Assembly (NCBI RefSeq): GCF_964188315.1
Contig: NC_135661.1
Span: 45,260,001 to 45,324,000 of the forward strand
Direction of reading: 5' to 3'
From: Podarcis muralis
Taxonomy: Eukaryota
Length of the DNA stretch: 64,000 nt
Within the stretch, counting starts at the first letter, position 1. Each line of letters starts with the position of its first letter. A model generated the notes under the pieces. That model worked only from the letters and a program-made list of their open reading frames with translations, made no database searches and was not told the DNA's origin. Below, piece after piece: positions 58,571-64,000 of this stretch. Made by a program: the position numbers and the translations under genes.

Positions 58571-58835
58571 AAAAGGTAAAGGTAAAGGACCTCTGACAGT
58601 TAAGTCCAGTTGTGAATGACTCTGGGGTTGCGGCACTCATCTTGCTTTACTGGCCGAGGAAGCCAATGTTGGTCTGCAGACAGTTTTTCTGGGTCATGTG
58701 GCCAGCATAACTAAGCTGCTTCTGGCGAAACCAGAGCAGCGCATGGAAACGCCATTAACCTTCCTGCTGGAGTGGTACCTATTTGTCTACTTGCACTTTG
58801 ACATGCTTTCAAACAGCTAAGTTGGCAGCAACATG
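58571..58835 (-). mobile_element. Sauria SINE, 5'-truncated
   Basis: (aaaggt)2 tail; 14-bp TSD ttgcctgcaacata. Confidence 0.9.
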
Positions 58836-59689
58836 TTGCCTGCAACATAGTAAACAGTAAAATAAAGAACCTCAGGTCATGCTGTTAGGTAATAGATCTA
58901 TGGAACAGAATGGAAAGATTTCAACTCTTACTGGTCTCAGAAAGTTTTAAGAAGTTTTCAGAAGTTGTGGGGGTGCCACTCAGAAAATGGCTGCCATGGA
59001 GGGAATGTGGCATAACACAAAATGGCTGCCATGGGAAGTGTGGCTTAACACAGTATTAGAGACAACCACCCCCTGACCACTTTATGCTTACCCATAGGAA
59101 ATCAGCTATGTCCTACTGGTGCTGATTATGGAGTTCACACACATGCTGCTACTGTCAAATAAGAACAGGGAGTACCAGAAAATATATATATAAGAGAGCA
59201 ACACCACTCTCATTTTACAGAAATTGATTAGAAGATGCCTGCACATTTTCCTCCATAACTTACTTTCTAGGAGAGCTGGAGCCTTTTTAAAATGAAAATT
59301 CCAGAGTTTGGGGCACCTGTCCAGGGGCTACTGGAAGCCCTCATGGGTGCCACAGCAGCTGTGGGCATCAAGATGACGACCCATGCTTTATATGCCTCCT
59401 ACAAACTGAGTTTGGAAAAGGGTCTCATCTTAATGCATAGGCAAGTTGGTAGGTGAGGAGGCATTCCATCAGATATGAGGGCCTTCAGCCACTTCAAATT
59501 GCAGAGCATGGTTCAGATGATACCTGCATTCTTCCATACCAAACCATTCCCCACTCTCTACACACAGAAAATTAGTATGTCAGAGAAAAAGGCTAGGATC
59601 CTTTCCCTTTGTGTGCTAATTTTTTGTGGCAAGGATTTTTTTAGTATGGGGAAGCATTCAATTGAGTGAGCACTTATTTAGAAAAAAAA

Positions 59690-59990
59690 GATGGTAGGTG
59701 GGGACATGACAGAGGTTTATAAAATTTTGCACATTGGGAGCAAATGGATAGAGAACACTCTTGTCTTCCCCCATAATAATAAAATATCTCCAGGCCACCC
59801 AGTGAAACTGATAGGCAGTAGATTCAGGAGACAAAAGTAATTACTTCTTCCCACAGCACTTAATTAACTTGTGAAATTCAGTGTTACAAGATGAGGCGAT
59901 GGCCACTTGCTCAGAGAGCTTTAAAAGATAATTAGACCAATTAATGGAAAGCTAGGTCTATCAAGGAACATTAGTCATGATAGCTCTGTG
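59690..59990 (+). mobile_element. CR1 LINE fragment
   Basis: gacatgacagaggtttataaaatt...gtgaaactgataggcagtagattcaggaga CR1 ORF2 end. Confidence 0.7.
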
Positions 59991-62140
59991 GGACCAGGTA
60001 AGCAACAGGGGAAGGCGATTGCCCTGCTTCTGAGTTGCTGGGGGCAAACAGGATGCTGGACTTCACGAGCCTGCACTCAGTAATTGGAAGTGGAATTGTC
60101 CAGAAACCAGCACGTGGCATTCTTGGGCAACTGCTAGGACCCCGAAGGCCCAAGGGAAACTCAAATGCATATGGCACTGTAGATGCCCAGGGAACACTCA
60201 GAGCTGGCAGGGTAAGAATGCTGAAAGAAATACAAACAGCATGGCTGGCATGTCTGAAAACCTGACTCCACAGCCTTAGACTCATTGTGTTGGAAGATAC
60301 CATTGAGGTCCTCTTGTCAAATCCTGGCTGCTCAACGCAGGATTCAGTTATAGCATCCTCAAGAGAAAACCATGCAGACTCTGCCAAAATGCCTCCAGCA
60401 CAGGAGAGCCCACCACCTCCCAAGTCACTTTTGTTTTTGCTCCATCTCCTCTGCTAATGCATTTGCATCTCTTGTACACAACACATGATGTGTCACACCC
60501 AATTGCACAGACTGGTTCACTGTATCTTCACCCTGTAGTGTAAACCACTAATATAATTCTGACAGCTGACAAATGAGTGGCGACTACGGCATTTGCATCT
60601 CCTTTTGGCAGCTCAGCATGACTGCTGCTCCGTTAATGGACTGAGCCCTGGATGATTGATTACAGTTCTGTGCCACTTTATCCAGAATGGCCCAAGGAGG
60701 TCAACCAGTTAAAAACTCATAAGACATCTCCATAAAACTCTACAGTACACCGCTATTTTTCTCATAATAAAAATAATTATCACATTTTTTGAAGAAAAAC
60801 TTTTATATAATATAGACTATTTTGTCAATTAGAATGCCTCTTGTTGCTGTACACTTAAATGCAGGCAGATCCAGAAGACTTTAGCTCTGGAACAAACAGA
60901 AAAAACATGAATTGTCATTCATGTAGTGCAGGGAAGATAGAGGGAAGCACAGCACCACAACTTTCAGAACATCAGCACCAGGATAACTGACAGATCCTCT
61001 TTGTTATGGTAAGTGAATGAGGTGATAGTGAGACTATCAAGTGAGTTTGTGACTGATTAGCACGGAGAAAGTTAAGCGAATGAAGAAAATAATCAAAGGA
61101 GAGGTTGGATACTTTTTTCCCTTTTCTTTGTTGGGGTTCCTACTTCACACTAGCAGTTTAAATGGTACAGTTTCTTGCAAGATTGCTTTCATTTCTAATT
61201 AAAAGCTGAAAGGTGAATTTTCAGCTTGTTGAATACCTTTTGCTAAAGCCAGAAGTGTTTTAAAAGCTGAATCTACAGTATGTGGTCAAAACTAAGCACC
61301 ACTGAGTTCAATGGAGCTTAATTCCAGGTAAGTACAAGATCACAGTCACACTGATTCAAAAACATTGGTGTTACGCTATATACTCCTGCTCATTGGTGTG
61401 TATGTGAACAAATGGTATGACACACCCAATGTGCATTTTTATTTTAAATAGTTTATGTATTGTGTTTGAATGCTGGGACCTGAGGGTGAGGGGCGAGTAA
61501 TAAATACAGAACAAAATGGAAAATTCTGGAAAAGCTTGAATGGGGTTTACTTCTGAGTAGATTTTGAAAAGGATCCCACTTAGCCTTCTTTAGTCTGCCC
61601 TGTGGTTTTACTAATATTTTGTGTTGTTTTTCTCACTCTGTTCCGCTTTCATTTTGATAGTAAGCCACCTTGAATATCTGTTTAGCCATTAAATAAATTG
61701 AGCAGTCAGGGTTTATCCAGCAACATTTCTAGCTTGGGTGCCTTTGTAGTGATGCAGACTGAATGCAACACATAATTCATTATCTCTGCTGATGGACCAG
61801 CTGCCTTTGGCTTTCCCTCAGCCATCACCTATCTGCAGCCATTCCAATGGGCTTCCTGAACTGTTTCCATCCCAACTGGTCATTACAATTTCTAACTGCT
61901 GATCCTGTCCTTTTTTTTTTTTAGATGTTGCAATTGTTATGGTCTTGTAAGCAGCCATCCCGAGTGGTATACTAGCACAAAGGGCAGGATTAAAATGCTC
62001 TAATTTAGAAAGAAAGAAACTATAATAACTAGTGACCAAGCTTTATTTTATCCCTCTCCTTCCTCCCCATTGCTTTTTCCTTGTGTGTATTGTACTGTCT
62101 TTTAGATCAGAAGCCTGGGGCCAGGGACTGTTTTCCAGCA

Positions 62141-62614
62141 CAGTGGTACCTTGGTTTACAAACAGTCCTGTTTACGAACTATTCGGTTTACAAACTCCGC
62201 AAAACCAGAAGTAGTGTCCTGGTTTGCGAATTTTACCTTGGTTTACGAATGGAAGCCAAACGGTGGAAAGGCACCAGTGGTGGGAGGCGTCATTAGGGAG
62301 AGCACGCCTCAGTTTAAGAACGGATTCGGTTTAAGAATGGACTTCTAAAATGGATTAAATTTGTAAACCAAGTTACCACTGTACAGTGGTACCTCAGGTT
62401 ACAGATGCTTCTGCTTACAGACGCTTCAGCTTACAGACTCCGCTAACCTAGAAACAGTACCTCGGGTTAAGAAATTTGCTTCAGGATGAAAACAGAAATT
62501 GCACGGCGGCAGCAGGAGGCCCCATTAGCTAAAGAGGTACCTTAGGCTAAGAACAGTTTCAGGTTAAGAACTGACCTCTAGAATGAATTAAGTTCTTAAC
62601 CTGAGGTACCACTA
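62141..62614. mobile_element. Two abutting Tc1/mariner MITEs (62141-62381 and 62384-62614)
   Basis: ...ttaccactg-TA-cagtggtacctc...; both carry family TIRs. Confidence 0.85.
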
Positions 62615-63257
62615 TACAGAATTGCCTTCAGACGGCTTGGAGGTCAGATAACTCCATACCCTCCAACATTTCTCCAATGAAAATAGGGACATCCTAAGGA
62701 AAAGTGGGACATTCCGGAATCAAATCAGAAACCGGGATGGCTTCAATAAATCAGGGACGTCTATGGAAAATAAAGATACTTGTAGGGTCTGTTTTTGTTT
62801 AGCCAAGTCTAACCTGACCCACGTTTTAATTTCTTTTTAGCTTGCTATTGATTTTAATTATTGTTGTATTTTTAAAATACAAGCAGTGACAATTTCACAC
62901 AGGGGTTCTGTTCCCACCCCCTGTGTCTGTCGGCGGAGTTTGCATAAGAGCACCCTGCTGTGTCCCCATCTTCATTCTCCATTCTGTCCCCAAAGAGCCA
63001 TGCATCGGGGATTGCGTGTCAACTGGACACACCTAAAATGGTTGCTGCCTGTACCTGTTTTTAGCTATCTTTTACTGATAAAATTAAATGTTTGGGGAGG
63101 GGGGTTGTAAATCGCTTAGCAGCCTATTTACAATCAAGTGGCATGTAAGTTTTGTTAACACATAAATGTGAAAATGTGATCAGGTGGACCTGTGCTACCA
63201 GCACAGAGTGAGTAGAAGAAAGCTGAATGTGAAAAGAGCCCCGAATATAGTTTAAGG

Positions 63258-63414
63258 CAGAGCTTTCCAAACTTTTCATGCTGGTGACATACTGTTTAGA
63301 CATGCATCATTTCAAAACACAGTAATTCAGTTTTATTAGCAATCTGGAGGTTAAACTAACCCCTTTCCAGGAGCACAGGGAGTGTTCGCGCAGCACACAG
63401 ATTGGAAAGCTCTG
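63258..63414. mobile_element. hAT MITE
   Basis: TIR cagagctttccaa/ttggaaagctctg; TSD gtttaagg/gtctaagg. Confidence 0.85.
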
Positions 63415-64000
63415 GTCTAAGGGCACATAAGGCAGATACCTTACCTGAAGCTAAGCAAGTCCGTGTGTGGGCACCAACTGAGCACTCCACATATGTTGAG
63501 TTGGCTTCCAAGATGGAATAAACAAATACACACACAAAAATAAACTCTGCCGTGCCAGCCCAAAGCATTTTGTTGCCTGAAGTGGAGCACCTAACATTTC
63601 CTCCCCATTCTGAGCACAACAATTCACAATGCTTCACTGCACCATTCTGTTCAGACATCAGTTCTTGCTTTTATCTAGCCTTCCTAAATTCCATCATGTG
63701 AAGCAGCCAACTTCACCTTGCTGCCTCCCCATTGGGAGACCTGTGAAAACTGTCCCCACAGTAATTGTTTGCGGAGTGCAAAAGCCAAAAAGGCACAATA
63801 TGGCAAGGGCCTTTTTACCTCCATCAGACATCTGCTAAGTTGCTGACTTCAGGCAGGCTGAACACCTGCCAGGGCTGCAGATAGATATGTACAAGCTCAG
63901 CACCAGCCTGGTGGGGTAAGATACACCCCAGGGTTTGCTGCAACCCATATTCTGGGCAGAGATAAGGGGCTCAACAAGCAGCCAAGGTGGAACCGCCTTC

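Noticed and set aside
59971-60423. 150-aa - strand ORF
   Set aside because: TTG start, no domain, no convincing splice sites
63836-64000. Probable repeat at the window end
   Set aside because: Truncated; I could not assign a family
1-64000. CRISPR arrays, interstitial (TTAGGG)n tracts, TERC, tRNA or rRNA genes
   Set aside because: None seen; tRNA-like boxes belong to SINE heads, and periodic repeats are microsatellites or MITE modules

Overview
Vertebrate genomic DNA from a squamate reptile, probably a lacertid lizard (inferred from Sauria SINEs and the associated repeat landscape). There are no prokaryotic features. Two multi-exon genes converge tail-to-tail. (1) The 3' part of CARMIL2/RLTPR on the + strand: 15 coding exons I could splice in frame, 526-29701, about 760 aa, with CPI, CSI and basic-hydrophobic membrane-binding motifs. 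(2) A complete ACD/TPP1 shelterin gene on the - strand: 14 coding exons, 55682 to 34188, 628 aa, with OB fold, POT1-binding and TIN2-binding modules. ACD starts in a CpG island at about 55.3-56.0 kb. The rest is intronic or intergenic DNA with hAT and Tc1/mariner MITEs, Sauria and Squam/MIR-like SINEs, L2 and CR1 LINE fragments and microsatellites. The most striking observation is in the TPP1 OB fold. It aligns without gaps to human TPP1 around the telomerase-recruiting TEL patch, yet that surface is lost or charge-reversed: WEEKE becomes CALPQ, R180 becomes Q and E215 becomes K. The POT1- and TIN2-binding modules are conserved. ACD also shows an unusual translation-start architecture (no Met87 equivalent, an AUGA-overlapping uORF, a candidate cassette exon with a stop and a restart codon) and a recent 223-bp intron-to-intron duplication. 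Comparisons with human proteins rely on recalled sequences; no searches were run.
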